Origin: Desulfurococcaceae archaeon
Lineage (GTDB): Archaea; Thermoproteota; Thermoprotei_A; Sulfolobales; Desulfurococcaceae
NCBI GenBank assembly: GCA_038816475.1
Contig: JAWBAI010000004.1
Span: 1-64,000, forward strand
Reading direction: 5' to 3'
DNA length: 64,000 nucleotides
Under the pieces are notes generated by a model. That model did no database searches and was not told the DNA's origin. It was given only the letters and a program-made list of their open reading frames with translations. The position numbers were made by a program, and so were the translations under genes. Of the stretch, positions 29,369 through 39,947 are shown piece by piece. How positions within the stretch are numbered: the first letter of the stretch is position 1; every line of letters starts with the position of its first letter.

Positions 29369-30436
29369 TTACCCTCCATGCTTCCAAGCTTTAGGGTACA
29401 CGTTGCGTGGCATTACGACTCTTTTGATCTTCGCGATAATGCCTTTTTCCAACTTTACGATTTCATCCCAATTCTTTAAGGCTTTAGCTAATGCCACGAG
29501 TTCACCCTTCAGAGTAAATATAGCGATCGTTTTACCTGCTTCAACATCCTTTGTTAACCTTGCAACGCCGGGAACTGCCAAATCTGCGCCGTGTGCTATT
29601 GCATCCACGGCTGTGTCCAGGACCACGATTTTAGGCAGGTGAACAACACTTGTTTCCACAGGTAGCACTACTCTTCTAAGGTATCTTTCATCACCGTTGG
29701 TTTTCCACATGTAGACGGCTTCGCTAACCTCCTGTAGTGATACCAGGGTTTCATCCTCCTTGTAGGGACCTGTCCTGGTTCTTCTTAGTTCTCTCATGTG
29801 CGCACCAGTACCAAGTATTAACCCGAGGTCGTGTGCAAGCTTTCTCATGTAAGTACCAGGATCGCAGAGAACTCTCATTAGAACAAACGGCTCTTTATAC
29901 TCCAGGATCTCTATTTCATATATGTTCTTGATTCTCACAGTTCGCTTAACGCTAGACCTTAATGGTGGTTTCTGGTATATTCTACCCTTGAAGTAGTCAA
30001 CTGCTTCTCTAAGCTTTTCCAGTGAGGTAGAATCATGCAGTTGAACCACCATTACGTACTCCTTAACTGTATGTATTACGTTTCCTATGACCTTTGTGCT
30101 ATTAGCTAAGCCTACTGGTAGTACACCGGTTACTTTGGGGTTTCCCCGCCCGCTTTAAGAAGCGGGCTCTAGGGTCCCCCCATGCCCAGCCTTGTCAACA
30201 CCGATGATTTTCTTAACCCAAGCTACAACCTCGTGGCTCGTGGGACCCGGTGGTTTATCCAGGTTTATTACGCCGAAGTTTATATGATCATGGATGCTTC
30301 TCTGATACGGCAATACTCCATAGTCAGGGCTAGTATCGGTTTCTTTAACTACTACCCATTCATTTCTATAGCCAGCTCTGCTGGTTATTGCATCGAGGAA
30401 CTCCATTCCTTTCTCAACTAAACCCATAGTATACAC
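29369..30436 (-). CDS. cbf5: H/ACA pseudouridine synthase Cbf5 (TruB family), two exons: 30436-30169 and 30141-29369
   Basis: LDKPPGPTSHEV in exon 1; splicing restores GHGGTLDPKVTGVLP; exon 2 has GTYMRKL, GAHMRELRRTRTG and a PUA domain. Confidence 0.95.
30142..30168 (-). other. 27-nt archaeal BHB intron in cbf5 mRNA
   Basis: CCCT-AG|A-GCCCGCT-TCTTAA-AGCGGGC-GGGG-AA|A-CCCC; in-frame TAA inside; cut sites fall between G and AC of the catalytic Asp codon. Confidence 0.92.
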
Positions 30437-30495
30437 CTAGAATGTCAATTATGTAAAAAGGGTTTAAACTAGGAATGTTCTACTTGGTGTCTCGC

Positions 30496-30795
30496 TTACT
30501 TTAAAGGCGAGAGCTTTGGTTTCACGTGTTCTTTCATGAAGTCTACTAAGCCGGCTTCTTCGATTGCCTTTAATACATCTTCGTCGCTAGCTCCTCGAGG
30601 TATACTGATAACCTTATCCGTAGGTTCTAGATGTTTTATATTGGCTCTTCTTCTCTTCACACCGCTGAGACTTTTCGGACCTGTTACTAGAACAAAGTTC
30701 TCGTCTATTATGTCAACTATGATGCACTTTCTTCCAGCTTCTCTTCCTGTAACCTTTACGCAGATTCTACCAATTTCTATTGCAGGCATAATCAC
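30496..30795 (-). CDS. rpl14e: 50S ribosomal protein L14e
   Basis: [18 protein letters not shown]...GVKRRR.NI.HLEPT. Confidence 0.96.
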   Translation of the reverse strand: MIMPAIEIGRICVKVTGREAGRKCIIVDIIDENFVLVTGPKSLSGVKRRRANIKHLEPTDKVISIPRGASDEDVLKAIEEAGLVDFMKEHVKPKLSPLK

Positions 30796-30813
30796 ACTCT
30801 CTTCGTAAACCCC

Positions 30814-31341
30814 TTAAAGCTTATTTTCAAGGGCTTTTTTTATTATTTCAAATGCCTCATTTATTCCAATGTTTTTAGTGTTTATAATTAGATCGAATAT
30901 TGAGAGATCACGTATGTCTATTCCGTAGTACTCCATAAAGCGTCTTCTTTGACTATTTTCTCTTACAAGTGTTTCTTCCAGTGCTTTTTCCAATGGTACT
31001 CCGTTTCTACCGGCTATTCTCAAGACTCTAAGCATGAGTGGTGCAGTTGTGTATATCTTGAAATCCACGAGGTCAGCTACAATCCATGCTGCGACATGAC
31101 CATCTATTACGATATTATCTTCTTTAGCGGCTTCAATGGTTTTCATATCAACCTCAATGTCGATACTGGGATCCGTGAGTGCTTGCTTGCTTAGCTCTTC
31201 TAAGGTTAAACCTCGTGCTGTAGCAATTTCCCTGAAGATCCTACCTGCTGAGAAGTACTTCAAATTGTAGTGTTTAGCTATGAGCAGCGCCTGAGTAGTC
31301 TTACCACTTCCTGGAGGACCACTAATAACTATTCTAACCAA
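30814..31341 (-). CDS. cmk: cytidylate kinase (archaeal type)
   Basis: ISGPPGSGKTT, SAG.IFR, YYGID..DLSIFDL.INT; conserved position. Confidence 0.92.
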   Translation of the reverse strand: MVRIVISGPPGSGKTTQALLIAKHYNLKYFSAGRIFREIATARGLTLEELSKQALTDPSIDIEVDMKTIEAAKEDNIVIDGHVAAWIVADLVDFKIYTTAPLMLRVLRIAGRNGVPLEKALEETLVRENSQRRRFMEYYGIDIRDLSIFDLIINTKNIGINEAFEIIKKALENKL

Positions 31342-31383
31342 AAGAGTGCACCAAGAAGGGTTTCAACGTTTTCTCAGCACGAT

Positions 31384-31683
31384 CTACGCGATGGTTCTAA
31401 CAGCTTCTCTTAAGCCTCTTGTGAGGCATCTAGGGCAGATGTACCCTCCATAGGGTCTTTCGGGCCTTTTCTCAGTCTTGGATAGCTTAGACAACTGGTA
31501 TGGTCTCAAAGCTGGTACTCCATGTAGTTCAGCACCGCATATAGCGCACTTCGCTTTACCAGGTTTTCTCTTCTCGTAGTGAACAACCAGGTTTCCACCT
31601 GGAGTTCTCCTCTTAATTATCCTCCAGCTTCTTGTTCTATACATGGGTCTTGGCATTAATGAGCACCTTTTACTTCTATGCAC
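31384..31683 (-). CDS. rpl34e: 50S ribosomal protein L34e
   Basis: RTPGG, CAICG..L.G, K.PERPYGG..C..C; true start probably MPRP at 31656. Confidence 0.95.
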   Translation of the reverse strand: MHRSKRCSLMPRPMYRTRSWRIIKRRTPGGNLVVHYEKRKPGKAKCAICGAELHGVPALRPYQLSKLSKTEKRPERPYGGYICPRCLTRGLREAVRTIA

Positions 31684-31745
31684 ACATGAATAGAAAGGCG
31701 GTTTTTATACGTTATAACGGGTATTTTTCGTGCTCGTTTTTGGAG

Positions 31746-32192
31746 CTACACTATTCTCGTTTCTCTTGTAATAGGGTATATTGTTAGTATAAGTGCGAGC
31801 AACATGATAGTAAAAGCATGAGTGTACATCTTCCCATCTGGAGATATTCCTGTTAATAGTGGTATCATTACTGGTGTTTCAACCAAGTAGCTACCGTATA
31901 CTATTGTTATGTAAGTAGTTGAAGTAACTATCGAGATGTAAACAAGTATGAAGAAAATAGTATTGAATACTAACAACCTCGTTAGTCTTCTTCTAAATGC
32001 TTTTAGATAAGGACGGTACTTTCTAGCTTTCCTCAGATCACTCTTAGTTTTCACTCTTTGAGGAGCCCGCTTTACCTGCTCATGAAGTTTCACTAGGCTT
32101 TTGTAAAACCGCGTTTTCTTGAAATACCTATACACAATAAGGTAAATGTAGAGGTGTCCAATGACATTAACAACTGTAACAAGTGCAAGCAT
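31746..32192 (-). CDS. DUF106/EMC3-like (Oxa1 superfamily) membrane protein
   Basis: three TM helices with a basic helical hairpin between TM1 and TM2; sits between secY and rpl34e. Confidence 0.65.
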   Translation of the reverse strand: MLALVTVVNVIGHLYIYLIVYRYFKKTRFYKSLVKLHEQVKRAPQRVKTKSDLRKARKYRPYLKAFRRRLTRLLVFNTIFFILVYISIVTSTTYITIVYGSYLVETPVMIPLLTGISPDGKMYTHAFTIMLLALILTIYPITRETRIV

Positions 32193-32360
32193 GTCTTCAT
32201 ACCTACCCGGTAACCCGATATTTTACTATATTCTGCAACTAAATATCGGGAATACTAGAGACGCGAAAGGTCTGTACATCATCGAGGTGTCTTCGATGCA
32301 GTTCTTTAGACTTAAATTATTCTGAGTGCCCGGTATGGCGGAAGAGAAAGAATTGAGTTA

Positions 32361-33782
32361 CTACTCAACGAGCCTCTTCAGCAATGGGTACGCTTCTAGA
32401 GTTCTCTCGTAAGCTATCAACGTATAGTACTGTTGTAGTATGCCTACTGCGAGGAGTAAACCCATACCGCTTCCGTACGCTCCAAATACGTCGGCTAAGA
32501 TGGCTATAAGAGCAACTATTATAGATGATAAAACCGTTAATGGATATATGTACCTTGCCAATATTTGCTCTAGTATCTTGGGGTTCCTACGTAAACCAGG
32601 TACCTCGAATCCGCTTTCAATTAGTTGCTTAGCCTGGTTTTCCGGGTTTAAACCGGCAACTTCAACCCAGAGTATACCGAACACTACTGCTAGTACTACT
32701 ACAAGCACGGAGTATACTACCAGTCTTACGGGGTCCAAAGACGCGTAGATTATTCCACTTGGTAGGGAGAGGTAGTAAGCTAATCCACCTACAACCGATC
32801 CTCTGTCATTGTACTTTACTAGCATATCAACTACCGATTGCGGTACAATACCGCTAAGGTAAGTTCTCATAAGAGTTGCAAACACGAGTATGTTTGAGTA
32901 GAGTATGCCAATGAATATTATTGGTATGTTCGTTACGTAGAGGAACTGCAGTGGTATTCTCGTCTTTATTGTATGTAACCTGGGTGAAGTAACAGGTATT
33001 TCCACCCTAATGCTACTTAAGTACAAAACAACGAATATTATAACTATAGTTGCAATAAGACCAACAAGGTCTCTACCCCCGGGTCTAATGACTACGCTTG
33101 ATATATCCATATTCCTGGAGAGCGCTTCTACAAGGTAGGGTATGAAGCCTACGTATTCACCACCTGTTTTGAAAGGTCCGAAGAGATTCCAGAACACTGT
33201 TGTAGCAACACCTGCAAGTATGAATAGTGAAACACCAGATCCCAGCCCCCAGCCCTTCTGAACAAGTTCATCTAGTACAATGACGAATAATGATGCTATG
33301 AAAAGCTGCACAGCAACAACAACTCGTAAATACCAGGATGCCATGCAACCTGCTATAGGGTTTCCAATAAACACCCAGTACCTACAGGCTAGAACATACA
33401 TTGTAGCTTGAAAAGCCGCTAGTAAAACAGCTAGTGTTTTCTGAGCACCGGTGAAGATCTTCCTATGCTCGGGATCAGTCAAGTCAAGGTCTATGAGCTT
33501 CGCACCTACGAGTATTTGCATTATTAAACCAGCAGTAACTATGGGTCCAATGCCAAGCTCCATTAATGTACCACTATGAGCAGCGAATATTATCTGTATT
33601 AGCAGGAACTGTTCAGGAGCTCTTTCGCTTATACCGTACAATGGTGTATGGGACATCAGGAAGTATACCAATAGTGCTAAAAATGTCCACAGGAGCTTCT
33701 CACCAAGTGGTACATGTCCTTTCGGTCTTGGTACACTTGGCAAGTAATCGGCCGCTTTTGACATAGCACTAAGTATACCCAT
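32361..33782 (-). CDS. secY: preprotein translocase SecY
   Basis: GTLMELGIGPIVTAG, KGWGLGSG.SLFI, Y..NIP, GSG.GLLLAV. Confidence 0.97.
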   Translation of the reverse strand: MGILSAMSKAADYLPSVPRPKGHVPLGEKLLWTFLALLVYFLMSHTPLYGISERAPEQFLLIQIIFAAHSGTLMELGIGPIVTAGLIMQILVGAKLIDLDLTDPEHRKIFTGAQKTLAVLLAAFQATMYVLACRYWVFIGNPIAGCMASWYLRVVVAVQLFIASLFVIVLDELVQKGWGLGSGVSLFILAGVATTVFWNLFGPFKTGGEYVGFIPYLVEALSRNMDISSVVIRPGGRDLVGLIATIVIIFVVLYLSSIRVEIPVTSPRLHTIKTRIPLQFLYVTNIPIIFIGILYSNILVFATLMRTYLSGIVPQSVVDMLVKYNDRGSVVGGLAYYLSLPSGIIYASLDPVRLVVYSVLVVVLAVVFGILWVEVAGLNPENQAKQLIESGFEVPGLRRNPKILEQILARYIYPLTVLSSIIVALIAILADVFGAYGSGMGLLLAVGILQQYYTLIAYERTLEAYPLLKRLVE

Positions 33783-33880
33783 GTTAAGTGCACCTTTTCA
33801 GTTTATAGACTTAAGTGCTTAAAATCACTTTGAGTATTAACGTAGAAGGATGAAGCGTGAACAGAGAGACCTGTATTCTC

Positions 33881-34327
33881 CTACTGGGGTGTAAGAACTA
33901 CTCCACCAGCTTCTTCGATCTTTCTTTTAGCTGTCTCTGAGACGTGTTTCGCTATGAGCTTTATTGGTACTGTAACTTCTCCTTTTCCAAGCACTTTGTC
34001 ATATCCTAGTTCAATAGCGTTGAAAACAACCATTCCTTCCTCCTTGATTGCTGTGTTTTTAGTGATCATGTCGAGAACGATCTCGTTTATTTCACCAACA
34101 TTTATGATCCTTGGAGCACCCCTTAGTTGTTGAACACTCGTAAATCCATGTTTACCGTACCATTCAGGTGCGTACTTTATCATCCACATGATTTTATGCT
34201 TGTGGAAACCCACAGCACCAACGCCTCCCTTTGATCCGCTCTTTCGGTGCTGACCTACTCTACCCCAACCCATCGTTCTTGTTCTTCCGCGCAGTTTCCT
34301 CGACTTCTTCCTTTTTCTAACAACCAT
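33881..34327 (-). CDS. rpl15: 50S ribosomal protein L15
   Basis: KLRG.TRT.G.G....HR..G, GK.GF, KVLGKG. Confidence 0.96.
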   Translation of the reverse strand: MVVRKRKKSRKLRGRTRTMGWGRVGQHRKSGSKGGVGAVGFHKHKIMWMIKYAPEWYGKHGFTSVQQLRGAPRIINVGEINEIVLDMITKNTAIKEEGMVVFNAIELGYDKVLGKGEVTVPIKLIAKHVSETAKRKIEEAGGVVLTPQ

Positions 34328-34338
34328 GCTTCGTACAC

Positions 34339-34839
34339 CTATAGCATTCGTTTAATCAGCTCGTTTATGGCGGATCCCCGGTAACCTAGCTCTCCACCTT
34401 GATCGTAAGGTCTTTTCGTTGAACCTTTAAATCCTTTTCTAGGTGGATGAAGTCTAAATACTGGTTTTATCAGGTTATTCAGCTTATGAAGCATTACACG
34501 CCCCTCCAGAATAGCATCGGCGAGTGCTGGTATTCCACCATTTATACCGAGCTTCGCTAGGTGAGTATCCACGTACTCGTCTGTTAAAGGCTTGTTGCCG
34601 GCTATCTTGCCACGCTTATACAGTAGCTCTATTAGAGTCTCTCTATTGATTTCCCCCCAGGTAATCCAATCTTTTGCTTTCAATAACATACCATCTAGTC
34701 CGGGAAGGGTTTTGGGGTAAAGCACGCAGTGGTACTTTTTGTGTAGTCTTAGAAGCTTTAAGGTGTATTCTACGTCGTATGGACAGTCGACTCGACCTTT
34801 GATCCTTATTATAGCGTAAACAGGTATTCTGTGCGCCAT
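34339..34839 (-). CDS. rpl30: 50S ribosomal protein L30
   Basis: [38 protein letters not shown]. Confidence 0.96.
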   Translation of the reverse strand: MAHRIPVYAIIRIKGRVDCPYDVEYTLKLLRLHKKYHCVLYPKTLPGLDGMLLKAKDWITWGEINRETLIELLYKRGKIAGNKPLTDEYVDTHLAKLGINGGIPALADAILEGRVMLHKLNNLIKPVFRLHPPRKGFKGSTKRPYDQGGELGYRGSAINELIKRML

Positions 34840-34848
34840 GGACCATTT

Positions 34849-35511
34849 TCACCCTCTAGCCCACTCCACAGGTGTTATGAACTTGTATGTGTTGTGGAGA
34901 GCGTTAACAACAGCTTTCGCGAAATTGAGCGTGGTTCTAGTTTCTCCGTAGCTTTCGGTCCATACGTCGCTGATACCTGCTAATCTCAGCACTATCTTAG
35001 CGATGTCTCCTGCAACAAGCCCTGTTCCCCGTGGTGCAGGTTTCAACGTTATTCTAACGCTACCAGACTTACCTGTAACGATGAAAGGTACTGTATGAGG
35101 CTGTGCACACCTACACTCCCAGCTTCCACAACCTCTTCTAATGGGGGATATGTTTAGCTTAGCGTCACGTACAGCCTTTGCTAAAGCTTCCGTATACTGC
35201 TTAGCTTTTCCTATTCCTATTCCCACGTAGCCGTTCTCATTACCTATAACAACTACGACCTGAAACTTGGACCTTCTACCAGCATCGGTCATTTTTTGAA
35301 CAATCCTAGCGTCGATTCTGACGTACTTTAAGTCTGGTAGTAGGTAGTCTACTATCTCGGGTTCCAGCAGAGGCAGGTTTCTTTCAAAGATCTCCCTTAA
35401 GCTCGTTATCTTTCCTTCAAGTACTAGTTTACCGGTTTTTGTTCTAGGCACCCACTTCTCCAGGGCTACTTTGTCTATTGCAGGCATGGGTGCATATGAC
35501 AAGGTTTTCAA
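34849..35511 (-). CDS. rps5: 30S ribosomal protein S5
   Basis: [32 protein letters not shown]. Confidence 0.96.
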   Translation of the reverse strand: MKTLSYAPMPAIDKVALEKWVPRTKTGKLVLEGKITSLREIFERNLPLLEPEIVDYLLPDLKYVRIDARIVQKMTDAGRRSKFQVVVVIGNENGYVGIGIGKAKQYTEALAKAVRDAKLNISPIRRGCGSWECRCAQPHTVPFIVTGKSGSVRITLKPAPRGTGLVAGDIAKIVLRLAGISDVWTESYGETRTTLNFAKAVVNALHNTYKFITPVEWARG

Positions 35512-36125
35512 TCACCCCCTTGCGACCTAGATTTATAAGTATCCAAAATGGCCTGTTTAACGGTTTCAAAATGCTGAGGGAGCTCTTCGGGGTTTAATCC
35601 TCTCCTCAAGTACGTTGAGAACCGTGATTCAAGTAAACCACGCTCTCTCAGCATTTTCGCGTAGTTTGCTATATGGTGTCCTCTGATTCTGTCCTCTGAG
35701 GGGAGAACTTCTTCGCTGACGGGAACTTTAAGACCTGCGTCGTTAGCCGCCTTTATGGCTGCGAATACTATTGAACCCTTGATTGCTCTGTGTAGTCCGA
35801 TGTCTGGTACAGCGTATTCAATACCCTTCTGCAAAGCTCTTAGTGCTGCTAAAAGACCGGTTAGGTAGGCTGCAGGCGTGCTCGAGGTTCCTCCTTTCCA
35901 CGAGAATTTTGTAACGAGCTCTCTCGAGTGAGCAGCAGCTATGGTGTGATCCCCCTCGGGCTTAGCTACTATGATCTGAACCCAGATGTACTTGTTTGTT
36001 TTTCTAACAACGAATCTCGGGTGTCCTGACATCACCATTACATATCTCTTGTAGTAGTTTGTTTTTCCTTCGCGCCTTCTACGCCGGGGAACCTTGTATT
36101 TTGGACCTCTGGCCATAGTGTTCAC
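35508..36125 (-). CDS. rpl18: 50S ribosomal protein L18
   Basis: [27 protein letters not shown]. Confidence 0.96.
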   Translation of the reverse strand: MNTMARGPKYKVPRRRRREGKTNYYKRYVMVMSGHPRFVVRKTNKYIWVQIIVAKPEGDHTIAAAHSRELVTKFSWKGGTSSTPAAYLTGLLAALRALQKGIEYAVPDIGLHRAIKGSIVFAAIKAANDAGLKVPVSEEVLPSEDRIRGHHIANYAKMLRERGLLESRFSTYLRRGLNPEELPQHFETVKQAILDTYKSRSQGGD

Positions 36126-36584
36126 CTATTGAGCCTCTTTTATGATACCGTGTTCTCTAAGGTACAGTTTAAGTGCTGATAAACTATCGAACTGTCCTCC
36201 CTTAGCAAGCTTGTATAGTCTTCTGTACGTCTTCTTGTCTATTACGCCACGGTCGCGCAGGTACCTTAAGTACCTCCTTATCTTTCTTATTCTAGTGATC
36301 CACGAGAGCTTCAGTTCTTGCCTAGCTCTTTTTCTTCCTTCGCGCTTGCCGTGGCCCCGTCTTCGTCCTTTTTTACGCTGAACCTTCCTCAATTTACCAC
36401 TATAACCAGTAATACCGTGCTCGGGTTCAATCCAGATAGCTCCTTCTTCTATGAGCTTCTTTATGTCCTCTCTCGTTATTGCTTGAGCAACATCGTCTGC
36501 TCTTGTTGGATCTATTCTCACTCTGGATACTCCTACTCCAAGTATATCGGCTGCAAGTCTCTTCTGTAGAGTTAAATCTGGCAT
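36126..36584 (-). CDS. rpl19e: 50S ribosomal protein L19e
   Basis: QKRLAA.IL.VG, AITR.DI..LI, YR.LY..AKGG.F. Confidence 0.96.
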   Translation of the reverse strand: MPDLTLQKRLAADILGVGVSRVRIDPTRADDVAQAITREDIKKLIEEGAIWIEPEHGITGYSGKLRKVQRKKGRRRGHGKREGRKRARQELKLSWITRIRKIRRYLRYLRDRGVIDKKTYRRLYKLAKGGQFDSLSALKLYLREHGIIKEAQ

Positions 36585-37009
36585 CAGCTACCCCCTTCCT
36601 GTTGCACTTTAGCTATTCTCGGAGGATTTGCTACTTTAAAGCCACGTTCAACGGCCACCTTGTACACCTCGAGGGCTTTTTTCATACCAACGGTGCTACC
36701 GATGTAAATGATGTGCTTTAGTGGATTGTACTTCGATAGGTCATTTACATTGTAGACGACTACGGGTGTTAAACCACTTGGGTGCATTCCTCTAACAACA
36801 GTGGGTGTTCTGTACCCTACCTTCACAATAGGAGGATAACCCTTGAGCTGAAGTCTCATTTTATTATCTATACCTTTGGGCTTACGCCACTTAGGATCAT
36901 TCTTGAACTTAGGTTTTTTCCACCACTCGTGTCTTAAGAACTCTGGTCTCTGCCTTTTCATTTTCTCTCTCAGCTTTAAGTACCATTCAAAGTCCTTTTC
37001 CATCGTCAA
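36584..37009 (-). CDS. rpl32e: 50S ribosomal protein L32e
   Basis: P.F.R, WRKPKG.DNK.R, GY..P...RG.HPSG. Confidence 0.96.
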   Translation of the reverse strand: MTMEKDFEWYLKLREKMKRQRPEFLRHEWWKKPKFKNDPKWRKPKGIDNKMRLQLKGYPPIVKVGYRTPTVVRGMHPSGLTPVVVYNVNDLSKYNPLKHIIYIGSTVGMKKALEVYKVAVERGFKVANPPRIAKVQQEGGS

Positions 37010-37557
37010 TCCGCAACACCTCTCTCATAGATGTAAATACCATCCGCAAAGACTCTTCTATCAAGATCCCTTATCTTGGTTGCACGTTCTATCGATGCGG
37101 CAGTTAAGCCCACCTCCTCGATATCTATGCCCTCCACGATCACGTCGTGACCTTCGACACGAACCGTAACATTACCGTAGATCTTAGCTACCCTATCCGC
37201 TTTTTCACCCAAAAAATTCCTTATCCTAACAACCTTGTTCTTAGCATCAACCACTACGCTCACCGGGAAGTGCGAGTACACGACCTTAAGCTTGTACCTA
37301 AAACCTTTTGTAACTCCTGTGATCATGTTTTCTATGTGCGCTGCTATTGTACCGACGAGTGCTTTAAGAGATCTATCCGCATTGTAAGCCTCAACAACAA
37401 CGTAACCCTCTTGAACACTGATGTACACTCTTCGTGCATGCGAGAAATCCTTAACGAGCTCACCTTTGGGTCCTCTAACTTTCACTCTCGAGTCTTCTAC
37501 CTGAACAGACACGTTTTCGGGGATTTTGACTTTTTCAACAATGTGCAAAGTTTTCAT
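37006..37557 (-). CDS. rpl6: 50S ribosomal protein L6
   Basis: V.GPKG, NMI.GVT.GF.Y, YSHFP, NFLGE, D.RVF.DGIYI. Confidence 0.96.
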   Translation of the reverse strand: MKTLHIVEKVKIPENVSVQVEDSRVKVRGPKGELVKDFSHARRVYISVQEGYVVVEAYNADRSLKALVGTIAAHIENMITGVTKGFRYKLKVVYSHFPVSVVVDAKNKVVRIRNFLGEKADRVAKIYGNVTVRVEGHDVIVEGIDIEEVGLTAASIERATKIRDLDRRVFADGIYIYERGVAD

Positions 37558-37571
37558 GTTCTAACACCTCT

Positions 37572-37985
37572 CTAGTAACAATATGCTAGCAGTATACCTC
37601 CTGTTTTCCTCTCAATAGCTTCCTTGTGCGACATTACTCCGTGAGGTGTTGTAAGGATCAGTATTCCAATGTTGTAAGCCGGAAGGTACTTCTTGAGCCA
37701 ATTCGGTGGATTGATAAGCTCTATGTACTTAACCGGGTATCTCGGCTTGATCACGCCAACCTTGTTAATCCTACCTAGTAGTAGTATCCTTATCTTACCC
37801 CATCTTCCATCATCAATGTATTCAAATTCTCCTATGTAACCTTCCCTCTGGAGAACTTTCAGTACGTTAAGTATAAGCTTTGATGCAGGCCAAGTTATAA
37901 CTTCTCTCTTTGCTCTCATCTCGGCATTGTATATTGCGGAAAGAGTGTTCGCGAGAGGATCCATAGCCACCATAGTTATCACCAT
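37572..37985 (-). CDS. rps8: 30S ribosomal protein S8
   Basis: DPLAN, GYIGEFEYIDDGR, IKPR, TT..GVMSH.EA, GG.LLAY.Y. Confidence 0.96.
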   Translation of the reverse strand: MVITMVAMDPLANTLSAIYNAEMRAKREVITWPASKLILNVLKVLQREGYIGEFEYIDDGRWGKIRILLLGRINKVGVIKPRYPVKYIELINPPNWLKKYLPAYNIGILILTTPHGVMSHKEAIERKTGGILLAYCY

Positions 37986-38149
37986 TAATTATACTTCTTG
38001 AATCCCATGGAGTATGCTATTTCTCTGAAGCACTGTCTACATAGGTAAAGTCCATAAGCCTGGATAACAGCATCTCGAGACCCGCATCTACGGCACTCTT
38101 GAGCTCCACGCCCGTATTTTTCTACTTTTGGTGGTTTTAACTTAGCCAT
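37985..38149 (-). CDS. rps14: 30S ribosomal protein S14 (not in ORF track; 54 aa)
   Basis: hand translation MAKLKPPKVEKYGRGAQECRRCGSRDAVIQAYGLYLCRQCFREIAYSMGFKKYN. Confidence 0.96.
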   Translation of the reverse strand: MAKLKPPKVEKYGRGAQECRRCGSRDAVIQAYGLYLCRQCFREIAYSMGFKKYN

Positions 38150-38158
38150 AAGCACACC

Positions 38159-38734
38159 TTACTCTTCAACGATATCCAACCCAAAAAACCTTTTAAGAAA
38201 AACCATTGCCTCCAGTTTTGTAACTCTATGTCGCTTAGGTATAGGTCTTCGTGCCCGCCTACGTCTCATTACCCTGTAACCAGGTTTTTCGATTGATATG
38301 CAAACGTCCATACCGAATATTCCGATCTCGGGATCATACTTCACTCCGGGCAAGTGAATGTGTTCTTTTATCCCAAAACAAACATTGCCCTGCTCATCGA
38401 AGCTGGAAGCCTTGATCCTGTAGCCTACCGCATCTAAGGCTTTCTTAAGGAACTCTATTGCTTTCTGCTTTCTGAGTGTGATTGTTACTGCTATATACTC
38501 TCCTCTTCGTATTCCAAATTCTCTAATTGTTCTTTTGGCTCTCCTAAAGGAAGCTTTCTGACCTGTGATCTCCTCTAGAACATGGGCAATCTTCTTGAGT
38601 CTTTCAATATCAGAACCTATACATACGTTCACCACAACCTTTCCTATTCGTGGTTTCAGCATTGGATTCTCTTCCCACTTCTTTACGATTTCAGCTTCGA
38701 TCTCGGGTATAAGCATTGGCATATTACCATGCAC
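38159..38734 (-). CDS. rpl5: 50S ribosomal protein L5
   Basis: NPM..P.I.KVVVN, FGIR.G, SFD..GN..FGIKEHI, YDP.IGIFGMD. Confidence 0.96.
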   Translation of the reverse strand: MHGNMPMLIPEIEAEIVKKWEENPMLKPRIGKVVVNVCIGSDIERLKKIAHVLEEITGQKASFRRAKRTIREFGIRRGEYIAVTITLRKQKAIEFLKKALDAVGYRIKASSFDEQGNVCFGIKEHIHLPGVKYDPEIGIFGMDVCISIEKPGYRVMRRRRARRPIPKRHRVTKLEAMVFLKRFFGLDIVEE

Positions 38735-39485
38735 CCTCAGGCAGTGTAATAACTGGTTTTTCGACTCCTATGGGGAATATGTATTCGAAACTAGTTTGAA
38801 ATCTATTACCGTACTTATCCTCTAGTGTTACAATGTACTTTCTTCTCTTCAGTGCTCCAGGTATGATCTCAACTATTCTGCCTACTCTTCCAACGTTTTT
38901 ACCTCCACTTACAATTGCTATAACCCCCTCCTTAGCGGGTATGTAATCTACTACTCTGTTGTCGTTCAGTGAGAGAACCACTGTACCCAGGGTTTCGTAT
39001 TGATCCTCTACGGGATTACGAGGATCAGAGACTCTTATGAGAACGTTACGTCCGTCGTGCAAGTTAAGTTGAATATGTCCACCCTTCACAGTTGTTTTAT
39101 TCTCTATTCTACAGGGTTTTATGGAGGCTTCTTCAGGCGGTATCCTCAGAAGCCCTAGAACTTTCGTGGGAACCGGTACAACCCTGTAATACTCACCCGT
39201 TTTCGGTATTTCAATAACATCCATTACTCCAACTGGGAACTTGTAGTTTCGCCTAACTTTGCCATCCACTTTGAAGTGACCTTCAGCAATCAACTTGCGC
39301 GCTTCGGTACTGGTTTTAGCATACTTTAAGATGTCCCTTACAATTATTAGTAGCGGTAAGCATCTCTCAATAGGGTGTGGTCCTGGTAATGGTTTCACAG
39401 ACCACTTAAACTTCTTCCTGAGTATAGGCCAAAAAGCAGGTGCTGCAAGTGCTTTTAGGTGTCTACTACCACCATGTTTAGTCAT
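38724..39485 (-). CDS. rps4e: 30S ribosomal protein S4e
   Basis: HLK.L.AP..W, PGPH, VDGKVR, QLNLHDGRN, GGKN.GR.G. Confidence 0.96.
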   Translation of the reverse strand: MTKHGGSRHLKALAAPAFWPILRKKFKWSVKPLPGPHPIERCLPLLIIVRDILKYAKTSTEARKLIAEGHFKVDGKVRRNYKFPVGVMDVIEIPKTGEYYRVVPVPTKVLGLLRIPPEEASIKPCRIENKTTVKGGHIQLNLHDGRNVLIRVSDPRNPVEDQYETLGTVVLSLNDNRVVDYIPAKEGVIAIVSGGKNVGRVGRIVEIIPGALKRRKYIVTLEDKYGNRFQTSFEYIFPIGVEKPVITLPEGAW

Positions 39486-39491
39486 ACTTCA

Positions 39492-39947
39492 TCAGCCTAC
39501 CTCTGTTTCTTTTCCGGACTGTTCAAAACCACGTTCCTCAGGTTTGGAGGAAACGCGTTCTTCAACAGTCTTCTTGCGTCTTTCGATTATATTTAGCCTG
39601 TACTTATCTGAAAGGTCGAGTTTAACGATCATTACCTTGCTAGGATGTATTGGATAATACACCGGTGTTCCATCGGCTTTCTTCATCTGAACGCCCTCAA
39701 CGAATATCCTTACGCGCTTAAGGTCTACTTTTACCACTTTTCCCTCATGCCCAGCGTAGTCGCCGCGCATTACTCGAACAACATCTCCTGTTCTCACAGG
39801 TAATCTTTTAACTCCATATTTCTCTCTGAGTTCAGGTGAAAGTGGAGCATTGAAGAATTTGTGCCTTGAGTGTAACGGTGCATTGTAGAAAGCTTTTCTC
39901 TGAGCTCTTGGTTGAGAAGAGGACACGAACGGCACATTGATCACCAT
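39492..39947 (-). CDS. rpl24: 50S ribosomal protein L24
   Basis: SSQPR.QRK..YNAP.H, GD.V.VMRG, IHPSKV. Confidence 0.96.
   Translation of the reverse strand: MVINVPFVSSSQPRAQRKAFYNAPLHSRHKFFNAPLSPELREKYGVKRLPVRTGDVVRVMRGDYAGHEGKVVKVDLKRVRIFVEGVQMKKADGTPVYYPIHPSKVMIVKLDLSDKYRLNIIERRKKTVEERVSSKPEERGFEQSGKETEVG

Noticed and set aside
29369-30436. cbf5 as a pseudogene, two genes, or stop-codon readthrough
   Set aside because: A BHB intron explains the TAA; readthrough would leave Glu plus 9 extra residues in place of the catalytic Asp
32206-32256. Hairpin upstream of the DUF106 gene as a second mRNA intron
   Set aside because: No 4-bp central helix with 3-nt bulges on either strand
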